A stretch of DNA of 33,246 nucleotides from Dimargaris cristalligena (lineage: Eukaryota): contig ML002411.1 of assembly GCA_003614675.1 (NCBI GenBank), positions 1 through 33,246 on the forward strand, written 5' to 3'. The notes below the pieces were generated by a model. It was not told the origin of the DNA. It did no database searches and saw only the letters and a list, made by a program, of their open reading frames with translations. Both the position numbers and the translations under genes were made by a program. Of this stretch, positions 12,745 through 23,060 are shown in pieces. How positions within the stretch are numbered: the first letter of the stretch is position 1; the number at the start of each line of letters is the position of its first letter.

Positions 12745-13140
12745 CACACTTACTGTGGTCAAATCAAAACCTGGGTTTATTAGTAGGGCCTTGAGTTATA
12801 ATAGTTAGTTGTTTAGGGATAACTAATAAGATACTGCACAGTTGGGAATAGTGTAAAGGCCCTTACTTCCAGTTATCCTATCAGATGTTCAATGTCTCTG
12901 ACTAAGTACCTATTTTAGACCACCCATTAAATATTCCAAAATTTAGATCACTACCCTACTTAGATAGTCTTTCCATCACCCAGGACTATTTATAAATGAG
13001 AGAGATTCAGCCCAGCTGTATAATAAAGAATCTGTCAGATTAGGTAAATGGTACTGGTTAAAAATATGTATCCAGCCTTCTTCCCTATATATATATATAT
13101 TATTTAAAATTATATACAGCTGGGTTGCATTTAACCCATA

Positions 13141-14453
13141 TACACAGTCTGACCCAAAGGTTCTGTTACTGGTACTCTAAAATGAAAATGGCTTAATATT
13201 TTTATTTATTTTTTTATTTATTTAAAATAAGATCCATTTTCATTAATACACTACTGGAATTGCCTAAACAATGAGTGAAAGTAGCCTGGAAACCCCTCCT
13301 TTGGAATGCCCTTTATGATGTTGGTCCTGGCATCTTGGATGTCCTTTATGGGGTTGTAATGCTCCCCTTTTATGGCTAGCTTAAGTTTTGGGAACAGCCA
13401 GATGTTAGCTGGGGCTAGATCAGGTGAATATAGTGGGTGGTCTAGCATTACCATACCCCTTTTAGCTAAAAACATTTGGATAATTTTGTACTTGAGTATA
13501 GGCACATTATTATGGACAAGACTCCAGGATCCTCACTACTTGTACTTCAGCCTTACATAGTTAATCCTTGCCAATAGGCATATTAAGACTCCCAAGTAGT
13601 ACTAACTAGTGGCTATTTGGCCTTGGGGAGTGAATTCCTGGTGGATGATCCTCTTGGAGTTGAAGAAAACAGTAAGTAAGGTCTTGACTCAGCTTAGATG
13701 AAGGCACAACTTCTTTGGTCTTGGATCTCCAGTACCTACCCACTCAGAGCTGTCATGTTTTTTTAATAGCTCATATTAGAAGTACCAAGTCTTGTCCCTA
13801 GTGATAATGCTTCTGGTAAAGTTTTAGTCATTTTTACCCATTTTCTGCATGTCCAAGCTGTGGTCTACTCTGGATATCATTTAGTTATTAGTTAGCTGGT
13901 GGGGGATAAACTGGGCATAGACCTTTTTCAAGCACAAACCCTCAACCAGAATCTTGTTGATAGTGGACCTAGGTATTCTAGTTATACCCTTGAGCAATTG
14001 GGTGGTCATCCACCAGTCAGTTTTCAAGATATCAGCAACTATTTGGATATATTATTTGCTACAGCCTTCCTTTGGGCATCCTGAGCAGGAGTCATCCTCA
14101 ATCTCTTCCTGACTGACCTTCTTTAAAGCTTACAAACTAATAGAAAATAGTCTTAAGAGTTACAGTACCATCCCTATGGACTTTTTGGATTATCTCTAGG
14201 GTCTCATTGGCACTTTTTCCAGGCTTATAATATAACTTAATATTTGATCAAATTTCGAATTTAGAATCCATAATGAGAGAAGAAAAGTTGGGAGAAAAAT
14301 TGTAGTAAAAAAACTATAAACACTGGAGCCTTTAAATTTTCCCATGTGATAGGGTTTTTGTTTATCTATTTAAAACCATTTCACGCTAATAGATGGCGCC
14401 CGTAAAACCGATTTTACGGCCCCAGTGACAGAACTTTTGGGCCAGACCATGTA
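13141..14453 (-). mobile_element. Full-length (~1.31 kb) inactive mariner (Tc1/mariner, DD34D) DNA transposon
   Basis: ~32-bp TIRs: tacacagtctgacccaaaggttctgttactgg versus revcomp tacatggtctggcccaaaagttctgtcactgg. TA dinucleotides lie on both sides, and a transposase relic lies inside. Confidence 0.93.
13218..14271 (-). pseudogene. Mariner transposase pseudogene with multiple stops and a frameshift
   Basis: Reads MDSKFEI*SNIKLYYKPGKSANETLE (HTH), FIPHQL (WVPHEL motif), IITRDKTWYF (ITGDETW), LVHNNVP (LHDNAP), YSPDLAPANIWLFPKLK, and ends CINENGSYFK*. There are 34 residues between the second and third catalytic positions. Confidence 0.93.
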
Positions 14454-15152
14454 TATAATAGGTAGGTATGGGTAGGTAAGGTCTAGCTTCACCCTGAATT
14501 AATGTAATCCCAATGGGAAAGATTTGACGCAGCTACATCCGTTTTCAATTGACGAGTAAATGGGTAAATAGATTAAATGTTTACCATAATATTCTGCAGG
14601 GCTTTTTTGGGCCACCAAGATTTTTCATGAACTCTCCCAATTACATTTCACTCAAATGCTGTCACAGCCATCTGTAGTATCTCTCCTGCTTATTTCCAGA
14701 TGGTTAAGCGATCAATAATGGATTTAGTGAAAATCAGCCTGCATGACTAAAATAGTCGTGATCCTAATCAAATGAAACGGCAACCCCAGCAAGCGCAACG
14801 AAATCAAGAACTGGATAGGATAAGGATCGGCCCAATATAAAGGCGGGTAATTAACTGACAGGGTCGGCTCTACTTAAGCACGCCCCCCTTCGCCTTGGAT
14901 AATAATGAAAAATGGTAATAACTAGCATATATAACAAACGGGCCCAGTTGGCATAAATATCGGCAATTCAGGAAACTATGGAGGCTAAAGGATGGCGGGT
15001 ACTACTAATTAGGATAGCCAACTAGTTCACTCCAAGTCATTCCGGATAAAGTAATAATAATAAATGCCCAAGTCGGCTATGAGCAGGAGTGGCGAGTGCT
15101 ATCATATCGGCAATGTCCACAATACCAAATTCATTTCTCCCAAATCCACTCC

Positions 15153-18100
15153 TTATTTGGAAGAATTCACCTCCTGTACCCATAAGCGGGCGTTGACGAA
15201 CAACCGGAACCAGGGTGAGTTTTCACCCCATTGACCCGCCTGACTCGGGGGCGCCCACGATAAGGCACTAGTCCGGGTGACACGTTCGGGGTGGGGCATC
15301 ATGGCCAGAATCCGGCCGTTGGGGGTGGTCAACCCGGTAATACCCCGCGGCGAACCGTTGGGATTAGCGGGATAGGCTTCGGCCACTTCGCCGTGACTGT
15401 CCACGTATTGCATGGCCACCAGACCCTGGGCGATACAGGCCTCCATGGCCGCAGTTTGGGCGGCCGGGGTGTCCCCGGGGAATTCGGCGCGGCCTTCACC
15501 GTGGGCCAGGGCCACCGGGAGGCGTGAACCCACCATGCCGCGCAGGAAAATACACGGCACGGCCGTCTTGGGGCTGTCGGTTCGACTGGCCTGGGATACG
15601 GCAGTAGCGTCGTTAGAGGTAGTACTATTGCTGTGGTCCTCCGGCGAATCCACCCACAGGCTTCCGGTGGGATTTACTTGGAGTCGACAGAAGCGGGCCT
15701 CGAACTGGTCACTCTTATTCCGCACCATCCGGGGCCAGTTTTCGGTACCGGGGATCAGTTCCTTAATGCGGGTCAGGAATTGGCAACCGTTGCACACCCC
15801 AAGGATAAAGGTGTCGTTACGCACCTGGATAAAGTGTTCTAGTTCTTTGCGAATCCGTTTGGACAGGAGACTGGACAGGGCCCAACCCGAGGCGGCGCCT
15901 AATACGTCACCGTAGGTGAAACCACCGCAGCAGGCCAGACCAGCAAAAGCGTCGAGGGAAAGTTTACCGGCCAGTAGGTCGGACATGTGAACATCAATCA
16001 CTTCAAACCCGGCACTGTGGAAGGCGTGGGCCATTTCTACTTGACCGTTGTTGCCTTGCTCCCGCATGATGGCCACCCGGGGTTGGTTGCTCGACAGAGA
16101 ACGGGCAATCGAAGGGCGGCAGTCCTGGAGCATTGCCGACTCATCCCCGGGCCGGTAGGTCAATTCGTAGGATAGGCCAATGTCACGAGTATCGGCCAGG
16201 GCCGTATATTCCTGCTCCGCGCATTCAATATGGTCGCGCAGGCGCTGCATCTGGTAGGAAGTATTGGCCCAGGTTTGGTACACTTGAATAATGGGTTCGC
16301 TGTACAGTACTCGGCCCTGGTGGGTAAAAGTCATGTTGGCAGTTTCGCCCTGGTTAGCCGCCTGGTGTACGAGCTCGCCTACTGAACCCAGGAGGTGGAT
16401 GTGTTGGGCCGGGAAACCGTGGGAAGTGAAGACCTCCAGGAAGGTCTGGTAGTGGGCGTCGGGGACTTGCACCACGGCCCCCAGTTCTTCGTTGAAGAGG
16501 GAAGCAACTGGGTCGGCCCCCAGACCGGTGAGGTCCACCGACACGGCCGTTCGCCCAGCCATGGCCATTTCCGCAACGGTGGCGAAGAGACCGCCGTCGC
16601 TTCGGTCGTGGTAGGCCAGCACCAGGCTGTCCCGGCCGCCGTAGGCCTGGCGGGCTTCTACGACACGGTCCAATTGTTCAGCGGAGCCGCCATCCAGGGA
16701 CGTCCGGTGCACCGGGCGTTTGGTACCACGGATATCATCGGTGGGAGGGTTCTTGAAATCCTCGCGGATAGCCGCCGTATGGGCCGGCCCATGGTACCGC
16801 TTGCAGGCGATGAGGGCAGCATAGAAGGCCTTGAGCAGCTCGGGTTGATCCACATCCGGGGCGGTTTCGCCGAGGCGGTTGAACACCTGGGCCAGGGCAG
16901 ACCCACCGAGACGCTGGCGACCGGCACCCAAATCAATGAGAACCAGGGAAGTACTGCCTGAGAGATGCTCGTAACCGGGGACGTTGGGATGCTGCAGCTG
17001 AGGAGTGATGCTGCGGCGTACATCAGTGACGGGGGAGAAGCCCGTTACAATGAGGGACAAGGGGGAGGTCACTTCGACCGCCTGGCCCTGGTAGGGATGG
17101 CTGGGATCACTCTGTTCGAGCCAGGTCATTTTCATGCTCATGGAGTCCTTGCCCACGGGGATGGAAATACCCAGAGCGGGACACAATTCCATACCCACCG
17201 CCATAACGGCTTCGTACAGGGCCGCACCTTCACCAGGGGTGGAAGCCGAGCACATCCAATTAGCGGAGAGGCGGATGCTATCCAGGCCGGGAATATCCGC
17301 GGCGATCAGGTTAGTGAGGGTCTCACCAACCGCCATGCGCGCCGAGGCGGCCGCATTGATGAGAGCGATGGGGGGGCGCTCACCCGTGGCCATGGCCTCA
17401 CCCGAGCAGGAGGAATCGGAGGTGGCGGGACAGAAGGGGGTGTCTTGGCAGTAACCAGTGGCAGTCACGGCCACATCGGCCACGGGCACCTGCCAGGGAC
17501 CTACCATCTGTTCCTGGGCGATCAACCCCGACACGGAACGGTCACCGATGGTGATGAGGAAGGACTTGCTCGCCACGGCCGGGAACTGGAGAACCCGGTC
17601 AGCGGCGGCCCGGATACGATCAGGTAATCCGTTGCTGTCCTGGGGCAGGGATGGCAGGTAGCTAGCCAGGCTGGAGTCGAGGGAGGTTGGGCGGCGGACT
17701 ACGGTCTGGTCGGACCGATGCATCTTGGGGGGTTTGCCGAATAGCACATCCATAGGCAGGTCAATGACATGGTGGTTGGGGGTACCCTGGTGGTCGCGGT
17801 CAGTCACGCGCAGGTGGAGCTCTTCGGTGGCGACACCGACCACAGACATGGGGCAGCGCTCACGGGTCGTGATGGCCTGGAAAAGCTCCAAGGCGTCGGG
17901 GTGGACGGCGCAAACGTAGCGTTCCTGGGATTCGTTACACCAGATTTCCATGGGGGACATGCTAGGGTCATCCACGGGGATATCCCGCAATTCGATGATG
18001 GCCCCGAGACCACTGTCGTGAACCAATTCGGGTAGCGCATTGGATAACCCACCAGCACCCACATCGTGAATGAAGAGGATCGGGTTATCCTCCGGGGCGT

Positions 18101-19934
18101 AGGACGAGCAACTGTCAATCACCTGCTGGACACGGCGTTGCATTTCCGGGTTCTCGCGCTGGACCGAATCGAAGTCCAGGGCCGCCGAGCTAGCACCCGA
18201 AGCCATGGACGAGGCCGCACCACCACCGAGACCAATCAGCATCGCGGGACCGCCTAATACTACGAGGTGGGCACCGGGAGAGAAGGGTTTCTTGAGCATG
18301 TTGACCTGGCGGACGTTACCGACACCACCGGCAATCATGATGGGCTTGTGGAAACCGCGGAATCGGCCCTGCTGGACGCCGAGGGGGGCATCTTCGTAGA
18401 GGGCGGACTCGTGTTCGGCGAAAGTTCGGAAGAACCCGGTTAGACAGGGCCGGCCGAATTCGTTGTTGAAGGAGGCACCACCGATGGGGGCTTCCAGCAT
18501 GATATCCAACGGGGACGCGATGTGCAGGGGCTTCTGCAACTGGGCTAGAGGGCCCTCGGTTTCCCAGGGCCGCTCGGCCCCGGGGATGCGGAGATGGGAG
18601 ACGATAAACCCGGTCAGGCCGGCCTTGGGCTTGGAGCCGCGGCCTACACTTCCTTCGTCCCGGATTTCACCACCCGAGCCGGTGGCGGCACCGGCAAAGG
18701 GGGACACGGCGGTGGGATGGTTGTGAGTCTCGACCTTGCAGAGAATATGGATGGGCTCGTTCTGGTAATGGTATACGTTGGGGGAGCCGGAGTGGGCCGA
18801 ATCTTTGGGTGAAACGGGGGGCGCGGGGACGAAGCGAACGCCCGGGGGGCCTTCCAGGACGGCGGCATTGTCGCTGTAAGCCGACAGGACGCCCTTGGGG
18901 TTCTGGACGAAAGTATTTTTGATCATTTTGAATAGCGAATGGGGTTTATCGACTCCGTCCAGGGTCCAGGAGGCGTTGAAAATCTTGTGACGGCAGTGCT
19001 CGGAGTTGACCTGAGCGAACATCATCAGCTCCATGTCGGTGGGGTTACGCAGCAGGGCGGCGGTGGGCAAGGTAGCCGAGCCGGGAGCGGAGGCGCCGGT
19101 AAAAACCTGGACCAGGTAGTCCATTTCGTCGTCGGCCAGGGCCAGACCCCAAGTACGGTTGGCCTGCACCAGGGTAGCGCGGGCCTGGGCGAAGGACACC
19201 TGGGACTCGTCCGTGGGAGCGGTGGGCTGATCGGCGAGTAGGGGCACCCGCTTCAGCGGACGCGGCAGCCCCAACTCGAAGAGATCATTGAAGGACGGTA
19301 GACAGTCCCACACGGTCTGGGTCATACGGTCCGAGAAGAGGGCCAGCAGCGGCTGGGCCAGGGGGTCGCTAGGGGCCGGGAGGGTGGTATTAATATCACC
19401 TTGGTTGGTGGTATCGACGGTCAGGAAGTACACCACGCCCCGTTCGATGCGCTTGACGCAATGATCCAGGTGGCAACAGTTGGCAATATCGGTAGCCTTG
19501 GACGACCAGGGAGAAATAGTGCCGCGGCGGGGCAGGACCAGGAACATTTGGTGGGGGGAGTTATTCACTGGGCGGAAGACCACACCGGCCGGGTCGGTGC
19601 CGGTGGTCTGGGCGTGGACCAGGTTGGGCTGGTTCTCATGGAGGTAGCCCTCGGTATAGAGGAGATCGGTGGCCTGGGAATCGGCGCTGGGGCCGGTGTG
19701 AGTGGTGAGGGCGCGCGGGGGCGTGGGCATGAGCCGCTGTAGTACTTGGTAGTTGGGATCGTTATCGAGGGGGCCTTCCGGGAAGGCGAAGCCGGGCTGG
19801 AGTTCCACAAAGTGGATATAGGCCGAGCACACGGACTTGACGGACGGGTGCAGCTGGCGCACCTGGCGGAGCAGGGTCTGGCTCCAGAAGTCGGTCAGGG
19901 CCGGCCCGCTGGGCATAAGGAGCATGCTAGTCAT
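15153..19934 (-). CDS. ADE6: Phosphoribosylformylglycinamidine synthase (large PurL/PFAS), intronless, 1593 aa
   Basis: Motifs [68 protein letters not shown] and YHDRSDGG. The glutaminase triad lies in GVCNGCQ and MMPHPER. ACCATG start context. Confidence 0.98.
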   Translation of the reverse strand: MTSMLLMPSGPALTDFWSQTLLRQVRQLHPSVKSVCSAYIHFVELQPGFAFPEGPLDNDPNYQVLQRLMPTPPRALTTHTGPSADSQATDLLYTEGYLHENQPNLVHAQTTGTDPAGVVFRPVNNSPHQMFLVLPRRGTISPWSSKATDIANCCHLDHCVKRIERGVVYFLTVDTTNQGDINTTLPAPSDPLAQPLLALFSDRMTQTVWDCLPSFNDLFELGLPRPLKRVPLLADQPTAPTDESQVSFAQARATLVQANRTWGLALADDEMDYLVQVFTGASAPGSATLPTAALLRNPTDMELMMFAQVNSEHCRHKIFNASWTLDGVDKPHSLFKMIKNTFVQNPKGVLSAYSDNAAVLEGPPGVRFVPAPPVSPKDSAHSGSPNVYHYQNEPIHILCKVETHNHPTAVSPFAGAATGSGGEIRDEGSVGRGSKPKAGLTGFIVSHLRIPGAERPWETEGPLAQLQKPLHIASPLDIMLEAPIGGASFNNEFGRPCLTGFFRTFAEHESALYEDAPLGVQQGRFRGFHKPIMIAGGVGNVRQVNMLKKPFSPGAHLVVLGGPAMLIGLGGGAASSMASGASSAALDFDSVQRENPEMQRRVQQVIDSCSSYAPEDNPILFIHDVGAGGLSNALPELVHDSGLGAIIELRDIPVDDPSMSPMEIWCNESQERYVCAVHPDALELFQAITTRERCPMSVVGVATEELHLRVTDRDHQGTPNHHVIDLPMDVLFGKPPKMHRSDQTVVRRPTSLDSSLASYLPSLPQDSNGLPDRIRAAADRVLQFPAVASKSFLITIGDRSVSGLIAQEQMVGPWQVPVADVAVTATGYCQDTPFCPATSDSSCSGEAMATGERPPIALINAAASARMAVGETLTNLIAADIPGLDSIRLSANWMCSASTPGEGAALYEAVMAVGMELCPALGISIPVGKDSMSMKMTWLEQSDPSHPYQGQAVEVTSPLSLIVTGFSPVTDVRRSITPQLQHPNVPGYEHLSGSTSLVLIDLGAGRQRLGGSALAQVFNRLGETAPDVDQPELLKAFYAALIACKRYHGPAHTAAIREDFKNPPTDDIRGTKRPVHRTSLDGGSAEQLDRVVEARQAYGGRDSLVLAYHDRSDGGLFATVAEMAMAGRTAVSVDLTGLGADPVASLFNEELGAVVQVPDAHYQTFLEVFTSHGFPAQHIHLLGSVGELVHQAANQGETANMTFTHQGRVLYSEPIIQVYQTWANTSYQMQRLRDHIECAEQEYTALADTRDIGLSYELTYRPGDESAMLQDCRPSIARSLSSNQPRVAIMREQGNNGQVEMAHAFHSAGFEVIDVHMSDLLAGKLSLDAFAGLACCGGFTYGDVLGAASGWALSSLLSKRIRKELEHFIQVRNDTFILGVCNGCQFLTRIKELIPGTENWPRMVRNKSDQFEARFCRLQVNPTGSLWVDSPEDHSNSTTSNDATAVSQASRTDSPKTAVPCIFLRGMVGSRLPVALAHGEGRAEFPGDTPAAQTAAMEACIAQGLVAMQYVDSHGEVAEAYPANPNGSPRGITGLTTPNGRILAMMPHPERVTRTSALSWAPPSQAGQWGENSPWFRLFVNARLWVQEVNSSK

Positions 19935-21218
19935 GGTGATATGGTGTATTGTGTTGTGTAGTGGTTATAGGAAAGAGACGGTTCGAGCTGCCGACTAAGC
20001 CCGGCAAGAATGGATAGGAGAGTGTAGTTTAAAAAGGGAAGAAAGAGGGACTGGCTTGGGAAAAACCGAGGGAGCTGTCCCTTTGAGAAAGGGTTCAGGG
20101 AAAACGGGTGGTGTGGGTTGGGGCAAACCCTACTTGAAACAGTCTCCTCTCTAATCGAAACATGCGGGTAAGAAAAACAACGGGCCCAGCCAATTGGCTC
20201 AGTCAGTCGCTACTATGAGAGAAATGAATTATACAGGCATTATATGTTCCCTACACGTTGTGACTGGATCAGTGGTTTTGGGCCACTGATAGTGCGATTC
20301 ATCTGAATCATTATCCCCAACCTTGTTAATTGCTGGGCCAATCCCCCGCCTATTTCTACCCACTATCCTATGATATATGTCCGGTGCGGGGAGATAGCAG
20401 TACATCTGTGGACAGTAAGCAGCAAATATAGACTCCCGTCATACCCAGAAAATAAGATGGCTATTCCGCAGTAACGCAATGGTAGGCATCTCCTAGGCGC
20501 CGATCCAACACCATGGCGCTCGCACCTTAAAGAGCGACTTCATCAAAGATGGAGTTGAATAGCGCAGGCTTGGAGGGCCGGGTGGTGGTAGACTATAGGG
20601 CATAGTTGGGGTTCATCTGCACGTGTAAGAATTAGGTTCAGACATTAAACCACATTTAACCATATGGGAGAAGTTCATCTAAGCTGTATAACGAAAAATC
20701 CATTAGATTCGGCCAATATTACTAGTTAAAAATAAAATTCCCATATATTCTCCCATACACATATAATGTAAGCCCTTATATTGCTGGGCTGAATTTCACC
20801 CATATACATGCAAAAACACCCCACCGCTTAATTCATGCAGTTGGGCTCAGCAGTCCAATTGAACCGGGTTGAAGGGAAGATGAGGACAATACGTACTTCT
20901 CTCCCAGTCAAGGTCACGAGGTTCTTGGTGAGTTGACCAACTAGCTATAAACAGTGGAAAATCTGGGGAAACATTATTTCTCCCAGACAGTCGCCCTTCT
21001 GGCTGCAGGCTGGAGCCCTCTGCTCCGTATCCGCTATACCCCGTCTGCTTTGGCCCGCGCCTTTGGAGGCTGACCTTTGCCCATCGCATTCCCACTTTCC
21101 CAGAAGTATAACATTCCCTTCCCCCCCCCGGCCTTTATGCCTTCCCGTCCTCTCTGGCTACATACCCCGCCTGCGGTTATTCCCCCTCTTCTCCACCTCC
21201 CCCGGCCTTCCATTTTAT

Positions 21219-22307
21219 ATGCCCAACGGAACCCTGTTCGAATGGCTGGAAATCCTCAATGCCGAAGTCTACGTCGATGTCGATAAAATCCGCCGCTTGG
21301 CCCAGTACCGCGGCATCCCCCGGGAAGTCCGCGGGGAGGTCTGGAAGTACCTGTTGGGCGTGGAATTGGCCGATCGGTCCCACGAGGTGGCCGTAGACCA
21401 GGCCCACCAGGAGGAATATGCCCACATTGACAAACACCACTCCGAATACGCCCGCCGCGTCCACCGCGACACGGACCGCTACCTGGCCCGCCAGTCCGCC
21501 ACGCTGCAGGCCGCCGGCTCCGGTGGGGGAGGGGGACTGTCCGTTCGCCTCACCCGGGACGACGACGCCCCCGTCCTCGAAAATGTGCTCAATGCCTATC
21601 TGAATCGACACACCGCCGTCGAATACCATGCCGCCCTGGTGCCCTTGTGTGCCCCCTTAGTGGCCACCCTGGACCGGGAATCCGATGTGTTCTTCTGTTT
21701 TGAGCGCATCACGGCCGCCCTCGACGAATACACCCTGGAACACCCCGTTAACACCCGCGTGGCCCGCTTCATCACCCTGTTCCGCCTCACCCTGCCCGAG
21801 TTATTCAACTATTTCCAGGAGGAGGAGGTCGACATGAACGAGTGGATATCGTCCTGGTTGCTGGGACTGCTCACGCGGGAACTTCCCCTGGACAACATCA
21901 TTTCTCTGTGGGACCATTACTTCTCCCACGACACCTTCATCCATTTCCACACCTACGTCGGCTTAGGTAAGCCCCCCACCCCACCATTCCCTATGAGACT
22001 ACCCGTACATCTGGGCGGTTAACGCACGGCCTACTGATCCATATATATATATATGATTCGATTTTTCTCGATATAACTAAACCACTTACCACTCTAATAT
22101 CTTCGTGGTATATACGCTGTGTGCCCCCTTTACTCTCTCGATCCCTTAGCTATACTCAAGTTCTGCCGGCCAAGCCTCGAAGAATTAGAACAGTCGGAGA
22201 TCCGAACCTTCCTGCTACACTTGCCCCGGTTGGATATCGCCCAAGTTATTGTCGTGGCGAACAATATCCAGACTGAAATCCAAAAACAAGACCGGCTCGA
22301 TATATAA
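21219..22307 (+). CDS. TBC (Rab-GAP) domain protein; exons 21219-21966, 22150-22307; 301 aa
   Basis: GIPREVRGEVWKYLLG, an Arg-finger-like VHRDTDR, and WISSWLLGLLTRELPLDNIISLWDHYF. A GTAAGC..TAG intron restores frame into AILKFCRPSLEELEQSEI. Confidence 0.9.
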
Positions 22308-23060
22308 CAGGCACCGTTGCATTATCATATCCTCTAATAATATTTGCCTGTCCATCGGTATACTCAGCATTACACTTCCAGTGCACTGTAGTTACTTTGA
22401 ATAATACTGGTACATCAGTTTGCTTGTTCTGGGGGCGGAACATGGCTCTCTCTGACTTCTATTTTATGTAGGTTAACTAGCTTGAGAGTCGATGTCAATT
22501 TGCAGTGGATAGCATATAGTTGTCGGCTGAATCGCTCCTCCCTGGGTAGCTACGGATCTGTTTGTTTATTTCAGCACACTGGCTATATTCGGTAGGCTTA
22601 ATAGGACCTTATCAGTAGTGGAAGGGGGCCTGTTTGTTACATTTTTCGGTCTTGACAGTCTTTGGCCCAATTAACAATTCGTTAGGTAAAGCGAACCACC
22701 ACAAATTGCCTAGTACCCCAATAAGTCTATTCCACTGAGATACCAAGGAACTAATGTCACGCAGAACAACACCAACTATACTACATTACGGCTGTACCAC
22801 AACTGCCCGACCACTGGCGGGCGTCATTTTATAGCCACGCCCCACCCCTTTCTCTTTGATATTCGCCCTATACCACCAACTTAAGCCCTCGTTGTTCTCT
22901 TTCTTACTCTTACCTAACTAAACTAACGGACTTGTCAATAGTGAAGAGCTACTATCTCTTTCTTGAACTGTGAATTTAAGATAACCCCCTATCTAAGTCC
23001 CTTCTACCACATTTTCTTCAGATTCAGTGCCCGTCCATTGGCCCGACTTTTTCCTCTGTC

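Noticed and set aside
12880-13000. Frame FNVSD*VPILDHPLNIPKFRSLPYL resembling a post-integrase GPY/F region
   Set aside because: Similarity is too weak in heavily mutated DNA, and no upstream integrase core is visible.
15291-19961. Many 60-220 aa ORFs antisense to or overlapping ADE6
   Set aside because: Shadow ORFs expected from GC3-rich codon usage; no recognisable motifs.
21063-21218. N-terminal extension of the TBC ORF from a TTG start
   Set aside because: A non-ATG start in a pyrimidine-rich leader; the ATG at 21219 directly precedes the TBC-like sequence.
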